Virus record (IMG/VR): IMGVR_UViG_2877263951_000005
Source: a virus
Lineage: Duplodnaviria > Heunggongvirae > Uroviricota > Caudoviricetes
Length of the DNA: 41,232 bases
Direction: 5' to 3' (one strand)
Under the pieces are notes generated by a model that made no database searches, had not been told where the DNA came from, and was given only the letters and a program-made list of their open reading frames with translations. This document shows positions 1 through 9,314 of the stretch, piece by piece. Made by a program: the position numbers and the translations under genes. How positions within the stretch are numbered: the first letter of the stretch is position 1; the number at the start of each line of letters is the position of its first letter.

Positions 1-47
1 TTATACCCCGCAGGGGTCATAACATGCTTGACAACTTAATAGGGGCA

Positions 48-738
48 CGTTACTCTCCGGACTCCGCACCGCCGTGTTCTTCGGTTCAAGTCCCAACATC
101 CGGGCGAACTGGCGTGTTTCATTAGCCCGGTAGCATGAACCATTATCCGTCAGCCACTCCACTGGAGACGACGGAAGATCGTTGCCGAAGCGGCGTTCCA
201 CCGCTCCCAGCATGACGTCCTGTACTGTTTCACTGTTGAAGCCGCCGGTAGTCACCGCCCAGTGCAGTGCCTCACGATCACAGCAGTCCAGCGCGAACGT
301 GACACGCAGTCTCTCTCCGTTATCACAGCAGAACTCGAACCCGTCAGAGCACCATCGCTGATTGCTTTCTTTCACGGCCACTCTGCCTGTATGTGCCCGT
401 TTCGATGGCGGTACAGCAGGTTTTCGCTCAAGCAACAGCGCATTCTGGCGCATGAGCCGGTAAACACGTTTGGCATTGATCGCAGGCATACCATCAAGTT
501 CTGCCTGTCTGCGAAGCAGCGCCCATACCCGACGATAACCATACGTGGGCAGCTCTCCGATAACATGGTGTATACGGAGAAGCACATCCGTATCATCAGT
601 GTGACGACTGCGGCGGCCATCCATCCAGTCATCGGTTCGTCTGAGAATGACGTGCAACTGCGCACGCGACACCCGGAGACAACGGCTGACTAAGCTTACT
701 CCCCATCCCCGGGCAATAAGGGCGCGTGCGCTATCCAC
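48..738 (-). pseudogene. insD: IS2 transposase OrfB (InsD), 3'-truncated
   Basis: Frame matches the 301-aa OrfB of the full copy up to ...RSPESN, then runs into unrelated sequence at the truncation point. Confidence 0.85.
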
Positions 739-1061
739 TTTTTTGCCCGTCCATATTCAACGGCTTCTTTGAGGAGTTCATTTTCCATCGTTTTCTTGCC
801 GAGCAGGCGCTGGAGTTCTTTAATCTGCTTCATGGCGGCAGCAAGTTCAGAGGCAGGAACAACCTGTTCTCCGGCGGCCACAGCAGTAAGACTTCCTTCC
901 TGGTATTGCTTACGCCAGAGAAATAACTGGCTGGCTGCTACACCATGTTGCCGGGCAACGAGGGAGACCGTCATCCCCGGTTCAAAGCTCTGCTGAACAA
1001 TTGCGATCTTTTCCTGTGTGGTACGCCGTCTGCGTTTCTCCGGCCCTAAGACATCAATCAT
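696..1061 (-). CDS. insC: IS2 transposase OrfA (InsC)
   Basis: 121-aa frame [18 protein letters not shown]... recognised as IS2 OrfA; identical to the frame at 33361-33726. Confidence 0.9.
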
Positions 1062-1152
1062 CTGTTCTCCAATGACTAGTCTAAAAACTAGTATTAAGAC
1101 TATCACTTAAATAAGTGATACTGGTTGTCTGGAGATTCAGGGGGCCAGTCTA

Positions 1153-1893
1153 GATGCCAACACAAAGGCAACTAATAAAGATACAGATAAAGATCTAAAA
1201 ACAGATCTAACCCATCCCAAACCCTTCCCTTCCGGAAGGGAGTTTCGGGATTTTGTGGCTGGAGTGCTTGAGGGGAGATTATCTGGCGGTACTGCAGCGG
1301 AATTTTGTAATTCTGCGGTGGTTGCGTTGCAGGCTGCTGGCCTGGATGTCTGTCGTGAGTATCCGGTGCCAGAGCGTGGTGACGGTTGCGGAGGGCGGAT
1401 TGATATCGTCGTGACTGACAGGAACGGTGTCCGGTGTGGGATCGAGCTTGACCGAAATTCTCCGCGACAGAAATCACTGCTCAAAATCGGTGCTGTTGAA
1501 ACCGGGATATGTGTCTTGCGGCGCAGTGATATCGCAAGGCACACCGAGCAGGGAATTCTGGTTATCGGTGGGGCTGTTCGCCAGAAAAAATTTGACCCGT
1601 TGTCAGTTGATCTGCCCGACTGGTTGCCAGAAACACTCTGGCATGAGTGGGTTCAGTTCAGGCAGGCATTGCGAAAACCGATTCGAACGGAGCTGGGCGC
1701 TAACGGGGCGATACGGGAACTGGAAAAATTCCGTCAGCAGGGTTTTACACCTGAGCAGGTGATTCGACACAGCATCGCCAATGAATACCAGGGTCTGTTC
1801 GCGCCGAAAGGTGTTCGGCCTGAGACGTTGCTCCGACAGGTTAACACCGTCTCGTTGCCGGACAGTGCGATCCCGCTAGGCTTCAGGGGGTAA
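1153..1893 (+). pseudogene. prophage replication protein (O/DnaT-like), 5' end removed by IS2
   Basis: Reading frame is open from the IS2 boundary with no start context; first possible start is GTG at 1255; sits directly upstream of a DnaC-like loader gene. Confidence 0.45.
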
Positions 1894-1899
1894 CAGACC

Positions 1900-2646
1900 A
1901 TGAAAAATATTGCGACAGGAGGCGTTCTGGAGCGTATCCGCAGACTGACCCCACCACATGTAACCGCCCCATTCAGAACGGTTGCGGAGTGGCGCGAGTG
2001 GCAACTTGCTGAAGGCCAGAAACGTTGCGAGGAGATCAACCGCCTGAATCGTCAGTTGCGGGTGGAAAAAATCCTGAACCGCTCCGGCATCCAGCCGTTG
2101 CACCGGAAGTGTTCGTTTGCGAATTACCGGGCGCAGAACGACGGTCAGCGACATGCACTGAGTCAGGCGAAATCCATAGCTGACGAACTGATGACAGGCT
2201 GTACGAATTTTGTGTTCAGCGGTAAGCCCGGCACCGGAAAAAATCATCTTGCAGCCGCGATTGGCAACCGGCTGATGGCGAAGGGGCGTAGCGTGATTAT
2301 CGTCACCGTGTCCGATGTCATGAGCGTGTTGCATGAGAGCTACGACAACGGCAAATCCGGTGAAAAATTTTTACAGGAGCTTTGTGGTGTTGACCTGCTG
2401 GTCCTGGATGAAATTGGCATGCAGCGGGATACGAAAAACGAGCAGGTGGTACTGAACCAGATTGTTGATCGCCGGACGGCATCGTTACGCGGTGTGGGGA
2501 TGCTGACAAATATTAACCATGCAGCGATGAATACACTTCTCGGCGAGCGGGTGATGGATCGCATGGTCATGAACGGCGGGCGCTGGGTTAATTTTAACTG
2601 GGAGAGCTGGCGTCCGAATGTTAGCCATTCGAGGGTTGTTAAGTAG
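1900..2646 (+). CDS. DnaC-like replicative helicase loader (IstB-type AAA+ ATPase)
   Basis: Walker A GKPGTGKNHLAAAIG and Walker B LLVLDEIG in a 248-aa frame; position after the replication-protein gene. Confidence 0.8.
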   Translation: MKNIATGGVLERIRRLTPPHVTAPFRTVAEWREWQLAEGQKRCEEINRLNRQLRVEKILNRSGIQPLHRKCSFANYRAQNDGQRHALSQAKSIADELMTGCTNFVFSGKPGTGKNHLAAAIGNRLMAKGRSVIIVTVSDVMSVLHESYDNGKSGEKFLQELCGVDLLVLDEIGMQRDTKNEQVVLNQIVDRRTASLRGVGMLTNINHAAMNTLLGERVMDRMVMNGGRWVNFNWESWRPNVSHSRVVK

Positions 2647-2660
2647 TTTCAGGAGGATTT

Positions 2661-3083
2661 ATGGCGAAACCTTTTACTCCCGAACAGCGGGAAGAACTGA
2701 AGACGCGAATTGTGGAACTCGTGCATCAGGACGGTCGGGTCACGATTCGGCAGTTGTCCGATGAAACAGGTATCAGTCGTGCGTCTGTCGGTCGCTTATG
2801 CATAGAACTGGTCGCAAGTGGTGATGTATATAATTCTGGCTACGGCTTATTCCCGTCTGAACAGGCTCGCAAGGACTGGCAAAGCGCCCGCAAAAAACTC
2901 TCGAGAGTAAAGGTGAGGAAACCGGTTGTTGTTGATCCGGACCTTATCTGGTCATTACCTGACGGAGAAATACGCCGCTACGACAGGCGCCTGAATATAA
3001 TCTGTCGCGAGTGCCGGAAGAGCGAAGCTATGCAGCGTGTACTGGCTTTCTATCAGGGTAATTTTCAGGAGGCGATACTGTGA
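2661..3083 (+). CDS. hypothetical prophage protein with HTH-like N-terminus
   Basis: 140-aa ORF, RBS GGAGGA 6 nt upstream; no family recognised. Confidence 0.45.
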   Translation: MAKPFTPEQREELKTRIVELVHQDGRVTIRQLSDETGISRASVGRLCIELVASGDVYNSGYGLFPSEQARKDWQSARKKLSRVKVRKPVVVDPDLIWSLPDGEIRRYDRRLNIICRECRKSEAMQRVLAFYQGNFQEAIL

Positions 3084-3140
3084 ATGAAATTAGCTATCAG
3101 GCTTCAATTACCGCTGGCATTCGCATCAAAGGAGAGGAGC

Positions 3141-3497
3141 ATGGAAATAAAACCAGAAGATGAGTTAAGCAATATCGTTTTATTTCCGATAAAAGAGGAT
3201 GACCCTCGTAATCAGGTTAATTTTCTTTATAAGCCATCGGAAAGACCATATTGCCATCACGCCTCTGTACGGGTTGACGAAAAAGAGCGTCAGGTCCGCT
3301 GTAAAATCTGCGGTGCGGTTGTGGAGCCGTTTGACTGGATGCTCTCTGTGGCAAAAAGAGAAACCAGACTGGCAGATGATGTAAGGCTATTGCGCCAGGA
3401 GGAACAGGAAAGGCGGAGAAATATAGAAAAGCTGATACAGATTGAGCGTAACGCGAAAGCGCGGATACGCAGGGCGACAAAATCCAGAACTGAATAA
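3141..3497 (+). CDS. hypothetical Cys/His-rich prophage protein
   Basis: Strong RBS AGGAGAGGAG before ATG 3141 (the track ORF start at 3084 lacks one); CHH...CxxC cluster. Confidence 0.4.
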   Translation: MEIKPEDELSNIVLFPIKEDDPRNQVNFLYKPSERPYCHHASVRVDEKERQVRCKICGAVVEPFDWMLSVAKRETRLADDVRLLRQEEQERRRNIEKLIQIERNAKARIRRATKSRTE

Positions 3498-3809
3498 TTA
3501 AATTTAGCACTGTTAAAAATTTAATCCTTAACCGGAGGGATTTCTGCACCCTCAAATCATCAGGAGACCGCCCGAAAGGGCGGTAATGAATGGTTACATT
3601 ATTTAGAAAAAAATATCCGCGAAAGAGTAGAACAACAGAATTCCTGTTTCTCATTCTGTTTATCGTGTTGATGACACCGATATCCCCGCAAATTTTTGTC
3701 TGGATAATCGGAAAAATAATTGAGCCAGTTATTGAATTGTATAACGACGTGGTATGGGCGTCATTCAACACACTGCACAATAAAATTAATCCGTATAAGG
3801 AAAGCTGAT

Positions 3810-4175
3810 ATGGCACTGACGAAAAAACAACGTGCAGAACTGCGCATGAAGTTCGGTGGTCGCTGCGCTTATTGCGGCTGCGAACTTGGCGAAAAGTGGC
3901 ATGCAGACCATGTAAAACCGGTCATTCGTTTTGATGGAAATATGCTTCACCAGGAACGTGACGATATATCCAACATGGTACCAGAATGCCACCCATGCAA
4001 TCTGCACAAGCATTGCAGTAGCCTGGAAGATTATCGACGAATTATCAGTGATGGTCGTCGTGAATTCCTTGCGTCCGGGAAAGGCAAAGCGCTGGTTCGT
4101 ATGGGATTGGTTGAAATGAAATCTGACCCGGTTGTGTTCTGGTTTGAAAAATATCAAGAAGGGGCTACGGCATGA
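3810..4175 (+). CDS. HNH endonuclease
   Basis: CAYCG...HADH...N...HPC motif arrangement typical of HNH nucleases; RBS AAGGAAAG before ATG 3810. Confidence 0.7.
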   Translation: MALTKKQRAELRMKFGGRCAYCGCELGEKWHADHVKPVIRFDGNMLHQERDDISNMVPECHPCNLHKHCSSLEDYRRIISDGRREFLASGKGKALVRMGLVEMKSDPVVFWFEKYQEGATA

Positions 4176-4837
4176 CTACTATTACCAAAGAGCGACTGCA
4201 ATGGCTGGCTAACATTTCTGGCCGCGATGATATTGACGATATAGACGGCGGTGAAATTCGTGAACTGGCGCTTATCGCTCTGGCATCACTGGAAGCAGAG
4301 CCTGTAGCGGAATGCATTGTTGAAGATGGGGGCATGTGTATTGACGGGTTCGGTGAGTATGTGGGTCACTCGCTGCCTGATGGAATGCATGAGCTTTATG
4401 CTGCCCCGCGAATGCGACAACCTGATGGATGGAAAGCCGTAGCTGTAGCGTGGAAGGTGACGTTTACTCAAGTTGACCAGGAATCTAATACGTTCACTGC
4501 TATATATTTTTACAAAGCGGAAGTTGAGCGTTGGGTACGACTGCATAAAGCATGTGATTTTCGGGCAGATATAACACCGCTTTACGCAGCGCCGGCAGTG
4601 CCGGTTGCAGTAAACGACGACATGGCTTACGCATTCCATCACGCACTGTCAGATTCATCGCTTGGCTCTGATGAAATCGAAGAAATTAAAACCGGTTTGC
4701 GTGCTGCCTTTGCCAACGTCACTATCCAACCAGAGCCGATAGTGCCGGATGAAATCGGGCCAAACGATAGTAATACGTTTGATTATGTTGATGGCTGGAA
4801 CGCCTGCCGCGCTGCCATGCTTAAGGGAGATAAATAA
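4172..4837 (+). CDS. hypothetical acidic prophage protein
   Basis: 221-aa ORF; ATGA start/stop overlap with the HNH gene indicates translational coupling. Confidence 0.5.
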   Translation: MTTITKERLQWLANISGRDDIDDIDGGEIRELALIALASLEAEPVAECIVEDGGMCIDGFGEYVGHSLPDGMHELYAAPRMRQPDGWKAVAVAWKVTFTQVDQESNTFTAIYFYKAEVERWVRLHKACDFRADITPLYAAPAVPVAVNDDMAYAFHHALSDSSLGSDEIEEIKTGLRAAFANVTIQPEPIVPDEIGPNDSNTFDYVDGWNACRAAMLKGDK

Positions 4838-5202
4838 TGATTAATCGAACCAAACTGGAGCACATTCTCGAATATGCCAGGCAGCAGAAATGTATTGGGC
4901 AACTTTGTAAAATTCCACCAGGAGATATGGTTGAAATCGTGGAAATGGCCATGCGTAAGGCTGGCAACTCTCCGGTAACTCTGGCTGGCTGGATAAGCTG
5001 TAGTGATGCAGTTCCTGCTGAATATTGCGATGTGATTCTTCTCGATGATCTCGGGAATGTATTCCCCGGTTCCTGGGATAAGGTTTTTTGCCCCACTCGT
5101 GGCGGGAATAAGATGGCTTTTGTGGACAAAGACGGCGTTGAAGTAGAGAGCTCAACTCACTGGATGCCGCTACCGGAACCACCGCAGGAGGTGAATCAAT
5201 GA
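4837..5202 (+). CDS. hypothetical prophage protein (DUF551-like C-terminus)
   Basis: 121-aa ORF ending ...HWMPLPEPP; start overlaps the upstream stop (TAATG). Confidence 0.45.
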   Translation: MINRTKLEHILEYARQQKCIGQLCKIPPGDMVEIVEMAMRKAGNSPVTLAGWISCSDAVPAEYCDVILLDDLGNVFPGSWDKVFCPTRGGNKMAFVDKDGVEVESSTHWMPLPEPPQEVNQ

Positions 5203-5282
5203 CCTGGCCTGAGGCATTCACCACGGTAGGAATTGCGATGGCGGTGGCGCTGGTGGTGTATTCGATTTGCCGTTGGGGTTAA
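5199..5282 (+). CDS. small hydrophobic peptide, 27 aa
   Basis: MTWPEAFTTVGIAMAVALVVYSICRWG; ATGA overlap with the upstream gene; followed by an intrinsic terminator. Confidence 0.3.
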   Translation: MTWPEAFTTVGIAMAVALVVYSICRWG

Positions 5283-5292
5283 CAAACAAAAA

Positions 5293-5318
5293 CCCCGGAT
5301 TGATGGTCCGGGGTTTTT
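5293..5318 (+). terminator. rho-independent terminator
   Basis: CCCCGGA...TCCGGGG stem followed by TTTTT. Confidence 0.7.
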
Positions 5319-5656
5319 GAAGGAAACAAAACAGAAACAGCAATTGCCGTTACCTGTTGTTACCATGGCAAGTAAACGTATCTCAGGCGAGCGCATTGCG
5401 CCGTTCTGACGCAGATAAATTAGCCTGGATAGAAGGTGCTGGCAATAAAAAATAGCGTTTTCTTATCGGTATCGGTAAGATTGCTGCGGGTGCTTGAGGC
5501 TGTCTGCCTCGGGCATGCCACTGTAAGGCAGACAGAGAAAAGCCCCAGTTAACATTACGCGTCCTGCAAGACGCTTAACATTAATCTGAGGCCCAATCTA
5601 TGTCTCACAAATGTAGGTTAGCCTCTTACGTGCCGAAAGGCAAGGAGAAGCAGGCT

Positions 5657-5812
5657 ATGAAGCAGCAAAAGGCGATGTTAATCGCCCTGATCGTCATCTG
5701 TTTAACCGTCATAGTGACGGCACTGGTAACGAGGAAAGACCTCTGCGAGGTACGAATCCGAACCGGCCAGACGGAGGTCGCTGTCTTCACAGCTTACGAA
5801 CCTGAGGAGTAA
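5657..5812 (+). CDS. Hok/Gef-family type I toxin
   Basis: 51-aa MKQQKAMLIALIVICLTVIVTALVTRKDLCEVRIRTGQTEVAVFTAYEPEE, a Hok/Gef-type membrane toxin; RBS GGAG upstream. Confidence 0.85.
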   Translation: MKQQKAMLIALIVICLTVIVTALVTRKDLCEVRIRTGQTEVAVFTAYEPEE

Positions 5813-5880
5813 GAGACCAGGCGGGGGAGAAATCCCTCGCCACCTCTCATGTGTCAGGCATCCTCAACGCACCCGCACTA

Positions 5881-5903
5881 AACCCGCTTTGGCGGGTTTT
5901 TTG
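5881..5903 (+). terminator. rho-independent terminator downstream of hok
   Basis: AACCCGC-TTTG-GCGGGTT hairpin plus a T-run. Confidence 0.7.
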
Positions 5904-6048
5904 TTGCGTGCTGAATACGCAGGGTGAAAAATAACCATATATTTGATTATATACACAACAAAAAATAAAAGTCATTGTACTTGCACATTAAACAATCAAA
6001 TATACGGCGTGAAATAAATATTTATCAGATTAATATTTTTGTCTCTAT

Positions 6049-6300
6049 GTGGATATAACCGTTTGTACTTATAAACCTGGGGGCATCGTGGAAAAAATAA
6101 AGAAACTATTTAGTAGCAAATACGCAGTCATACGTCGTGATGACCTGTCAGTTATAGTCGAAATGGATTACTTCCCTGAAACCCCAAAATCAATAATGTA
6201 TCGTAATGGTCGAAAGGCAATTTTTTTACCGATGAGGGTAAGTGACATTATGGGAAATGATAAACTGCTGGATGAATTGCGAGTCAGAGCATCCTGTTAG
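6049..6300 (+). CDS. hypothetical protein in AT-rich context
   Basis: 83-aa ORF after a very AT-rich upstream region; stop codon lies inside the IS1 target duplication. Confidence 0.3.
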   Translation: MDITVCTYKPGGIVEKIKKLFSSKYAVIRRDDLSVIVEMDYFPETPKSIMYRNGRKAIFLPMRVSDIMGNDKLLDELRVRASC

Positions 6301-6317
6301 TAGGTAATGACTCCAAC

Positions 6318-6821
6318 TTACTGATAGTGTTTTATGTTCAGATAATGCCCGATGACCTTGTCATGCAGCTCCACCGATTTTGAGAACGACAGTGACTTCC
6401 GTACCAGCCTTGCCAGATGTTGTCTCAGATTCAGATTATGTCGCTCAATGCGCTGAGTGTAACGCTTGCTGATAACGTGCAGCTTTCCCTTCAGGCGTGA
6501 TTCATACAGCGGCCAGCCATCCGTCATCCATACCACGACCTCAAAGGCCGACAGCAGGCTCAGAAGACGCTCCAGTGTGGCCAGAGTGCGTTCACCGAAG
6601 ACGTGCGCCACAACCGTCCTCCGTATCCTGTCATACGCGTAAAACAGCCAGCGCTGACGTGATTTAGCACCGACGTAGCCCCAATGTTCGTCCATTTCAG
6701 CGCAGACAATCACATCACTGCCCGGTTGTATGCGCGAGGTTACCGACTGCGGCCTGAGTTTTTTAAGTGACGTAAAACCGTGTTGAGGCCAACGCCCATA
6801 ATGCGTGCACTGGCGCGACAT
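6318..6821 (-). CDS. insB: IS1 InsB frame (made as InsAB by frameshift)
   Basis: 167-aa frame ending ...[10 protein letters not shown]. Confidence 0.9.
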   Translation of the reverse strand: MSRQCTHYGRWPQHGFTSLKKLRPQSVTSRIQPGSDVIVCAEMDEHWGYVGAKSRQRWLFYAYDRIRRTVVAHVFGERTLATLERLLSLLSAFEVVVWMTDGWPLYESRLKGKLHVISKRYTQRIERHNLNLRQHLARLVRKSLSFSKSVELHDKVIGHYLNIKHYQ

Positions 6822-7015
6822 CCGACGCCATTCATGGCCATATCAATGATTTTCTGGTGCGTACCGGGCTGAGAGGCGGTGTAAGTGAACTGTAGTTGCC
6901 ATGTTTTACGGCAATGAGAGCAGAGATAGCGCTGATGTCCGGCAGTGCTTTTGCCGTTACGCACCACGCCTTCAGTAGCGGAGCAGGAAGGACATCTGAT
7001 GGAAATGGAAGCCAC
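6740..7015 (-). CDS. insA: IS1 InsA
   Basis: 91-aa [23 protein letters not shown]... frame. Confidence 0.9.
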   Translation of the reverse strand: MASISIRCPSCSATEGVVRNGKSTAGHQRYLCSHCRKTWQLQFTYTASQPGTHQKIIDMAMNGVGCRASARIMGVGLNTVLRHLKNSGRSR

Positions 7016-7148
7016 GCAAGCACCTTAAAATCACCATCATACACTAAATCAGTAAGTTGGCAGCATTACCCTGTTAGTATTGGCATTAATTCTGGTATAC
7101 TACATAACGGGCTGAACACCCATTCTACTGCGCCAGCGGAGAACTACG

Positions 7149-7748
7149 ATGGCGCATATACAACTGGTCAAACAAACCTCTTCCGGATTACTTCTCCCGG
7201 CGACGCCGGAGAGTTGCGATTTTTTGCATCAAATCAAAATAGGTGAGTGGATACACGCAGACTTTAAGCGTGTGCGTAACTACGCATTCCACAAGCGTTT
7301 TTTCAAACTCCTGCAACTGGGATTTGATTACTGGACTCCGGTCGGTGGGGCGATCACGCCTCGCGAACGAAAACTGGTATCAGGCTTCGTTGATTACCTG
7401 TGCGAATCAGTAGGTCGGGAACACACTCCAGCCCTGAGTGATGCCGCAGAGCAATACCTTAATACAGTTGCGACATGCAGAACCCGGGATACGGCATTGC
7501 TAAAGTCGTTTGACGCTTTCCGCGAGTGGGTAACCATTCAGGCCGGATTTTACACCGAGCATATTTATCCTGATGGTAGTCGTGGGCGCAGGGCAAAATC
7601 TATCGCATTTGCGAACATGGACGAAACCGAGTTTCAGCAGGTTTATAAATCTGTACTGAATGTGCTGTGGAACTGGATCCTGTTCCGTAAATTTTCCTCT
7701 CCGGAGGAAGTCGAAAATGTGGCCGCGCAGTTACTGGAGTTTGCGTAA
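7149..7748 (+). CDS. lambdoid late-control region protein (DUF1367/YbcN-like)
   Basis: 199-aa ORF directly upstream of a YbcO-like gene with TAATG overlap; family assignment is from memory. Confidence 0.5.
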   Translation: MAHIQLVKQTSSGLLLPATPESCDFLHQIKIGEWIHADFKRVRNYAFHKRFFKLLQLGFDYWTPVGGAITPRERKLVSGFVDYLCESVGREHTPALSDAAEQYLNTVATCRTRDTALLKSFDAFREWVTIQAGFYTEHIYPDGSRGRRAKSIAFANMDETEFQQVYKSVLNVLWNWILFRKFSSPEEVENVAAQLLEFA

Positions 7749-8038
7749 TGGTGGATTTACGTAAAGCGGCGCGGGGGCAGATGTGCACCGTCAGAATTCC
7801 TGGCTACTGCAATCACAATCCCGAAACTTCTGTGCTGGCGCATTACAGGCTGGCGGGGACGTGCGGAACAGCGACAAAACCACACGATATGCAGGCAGCG
7901 ATTGCCTGTAGCTCATGCCACGATTTAATCGACGGGCGGGTAAAAACCAGCGATTACACCAAAGAAGAATTACGCCTGATGCATGCAGAAGGTGTTTTTC
8001 GCACACAAGAAATCTGGAGAAAGGAAGGTTATTTATGA
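7748..8038 (+). CDS. YbcO-like (DUF1364) putative nuclease
   Basis: 96-aa frame MVDLRKAARGQMCTVRIPGYCNHNPETSVLAH...CSSCHD matches the DLP12 YbcO pattern as I remember it. Confidence 0.7.
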   Translation: MVDLRKAARGQMCTVRIPGYCNHNPETSVLAHYRLAGTCGTATKPHDMQAAIACSSCHDLIDGRVKTSDYTKEELRLMHAEGVFRTQEIWRKEGYL

Positions 8039-8589
8039 TTTACCCAACAAATACAGGCAAAAGCGGGGAACACCTTCGTCTCACCACGCTGGAAAGTGTC
8101 TGGATTCAGGGAAAACTGCGCATGTGGGGGCGCTGGTCGTATATTGGCGGCGGTAAGACGGGAAATATGTTTAACCAGTTGCTGGCATCCAAAAAATTGA
8201 CGAAAACAGCCGTCAATGAAGCCCTGCGCAGGATGAAAAAAGCGGGAATAGAGAAACCTGAGCTGGAAGCGTTTTTGCGAGAGATGATCAATGGCAAGCA
8301 AAAGACCTGGCTGGCGCATTGTACTGATGCAGAGGCGTTATGTATTGATAGAGTCATAAGTGAGGTGCTGGCAGAGCATCCTGGATTGATTAGTGTCCTC
8401 CGGCAACGGTATGAAGGGCGGGGGATGACTAAGCGTAAAATGGCTGAATTGCTGAATGACGCACACCCTGAGTGGTGTTTCCGGACGTGCTGCAGTCGGG
8501 TAGATGTATGGCTAAATCTTGCTGAATATATGCTCTATCTACCGATGCGTGATGCATTCTCTTCCGGGGATCTAAAAACCGTTTGTTGA
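8035..8589 (+). CDS. putative late-gene antiterminator (Q-like)
   Basis: 184-aa ORF in the Q position after ybcN/ybcO-like genes, followed by a promoter plus terminator unit; sequence-level assignment is weak. Confidence 0.45.
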   Translation: MIYPTNTGKSGEHLRLTTLESVWIQGKLRMWGRWSYIGGGKTGNMFNQLLASKKLTKTAVNEALRRMKKAGIEKPELEAFLREMINGKQKTWLAHCTDAEALCIDRVISEVLAEHPGLISVLRQRYEGRGMTKRKMAELLNDAHPEWCFRTCCSRVDVWLNLAEYMLYLPMRDAFSSGDLKTVC

Positions 8590-8615
8590 CTCAATCTGTT
8601 ATCCGGGGCTATATT
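8586..8615 (+). promoter_or_regulatory. sigma70-type promoter (pR'-like late promoter)
   Basis: TTGACT, 18-bp spacer, TATATT; located where lambdoid pR' lies, downstream of Q. Confidence 0.5.
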
Positions 8616-8677
8616 CCTCACGCGCCAGCAAAATCTGGCGTCGGGATTGGCGTCCCGGATGTTTACGGAGCGATATG

Positions 8678-8698
8678 AGACGCGCCCGCGTCTTTTTT
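8678..8698 (+). terminator. rho-independent terminator (tR'-like)
   Basis: AGACGCG-CCC-GCGTC hairpin followed by TTTTTT, about 75 nt downstream of the promoter. Confidence 0.7.
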
Positions 8699-8976
8699 CA
8701 TATCGTTTGCACAGTCACATTCGCGATTTATGGCGGGCTGTGTGGGGGAGCCGAAAGGCTCGCCGGTTTCCGTACCCGGTTACGCCAACCCTGCACAGTT
8801 CGCCACCAGTTCGATTGGCGTCGTCGGTGGCGATAATTTCCAAATGTACGGAGTTATCGTTATGACCACTCAAATCTCTGTTGAAACTCTCTCCCCGATC
8901 ACCCATAACCAGTGAGGTAGCCTGAGTTTAACGGACACTCCTTCCTGAAATAGAATGGCATCAGAAGGAGCTAATA

Positions 8977-9279
8977 ATGAGCAGAAAAACCCAACGTTAC
9001 TCTAAAGAGTTCAAAGCCGAAGCTGTCAGAACGGTTCTTGAAAATCAACTTTCGATCAGTGAAGGCGCTTCCCGATTATCCCTTCCTGAAGGCACTTTAG
9101 GACAATGGGTTACCGCCGCCAGAAAAGGGCTCGGTACTCCTGGTTCCCGCACGGTGGCTGAACTGGAATCTGAAATTCTGCAACTGCGTAAGGCGTTAAA
9201 TGAAGCTCGCCTTGAGCTCGATATATTAAAAAAAGCAACAGCGTATTTTGCACAGGAGTCGCTGAAAAATACGCGTTAA
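8977..9279 (+). CDS. IS600 OrfA
   Basis: 100-aa [20 protein letters not shown]... frame. Confidence 0.9.
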   Translation: MSRKTQRYSKEFKAEAVRTVLENQLSISEGASRLSLPEGTLGQWVTAARKGLGTPGSRTVAELESEILQLRKALNEARLELDILKKATAYFAQESLKNTR

Positions 9280-9314
9280 TCGAACAATGGCGACAACAAT
9301 TTCCCATTGAAGCG

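Larger units (their letters stand above)
48..1152 (-). mobile_element. IS2 copy 1, truncated at the orfB-distal end (about 1105 of 1331 bp retained)
   Basis: End sequence GGGGCCAGTCTA at 1141-1152 and both transposase frames match the complete IS2 at 32487-33816; identity to that copy stops at nt 48, where unrelated sequence begins. Confidence 0.9.
6303..7069 (-). mobile_element. IS1 copy 1, with 9-bp target-site duplication CTGTTAGTA
   Basis: IS1 ends GGTAATGACTCC... and ...GGCAGCATTACC; identical 9 bp at 6294-6302 and 7070-7078. Confidence 0.95.

Noticed and set aside
1-47. The 47 bp before the truncated IS2, possibly the end of another mobile element
   Set aside because: Too short to assign; contains a small palindrome (CCCCGCAGGGG) but matches none of the IS termini present elsewhere in the window
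1-738. 245-aa minus-strand ORF with a novel C-terminus at the window start
   Set aside because: It is the IS2 OrfB frame running out of the truncated element into unrelated flanking sequence, not a distinct gene
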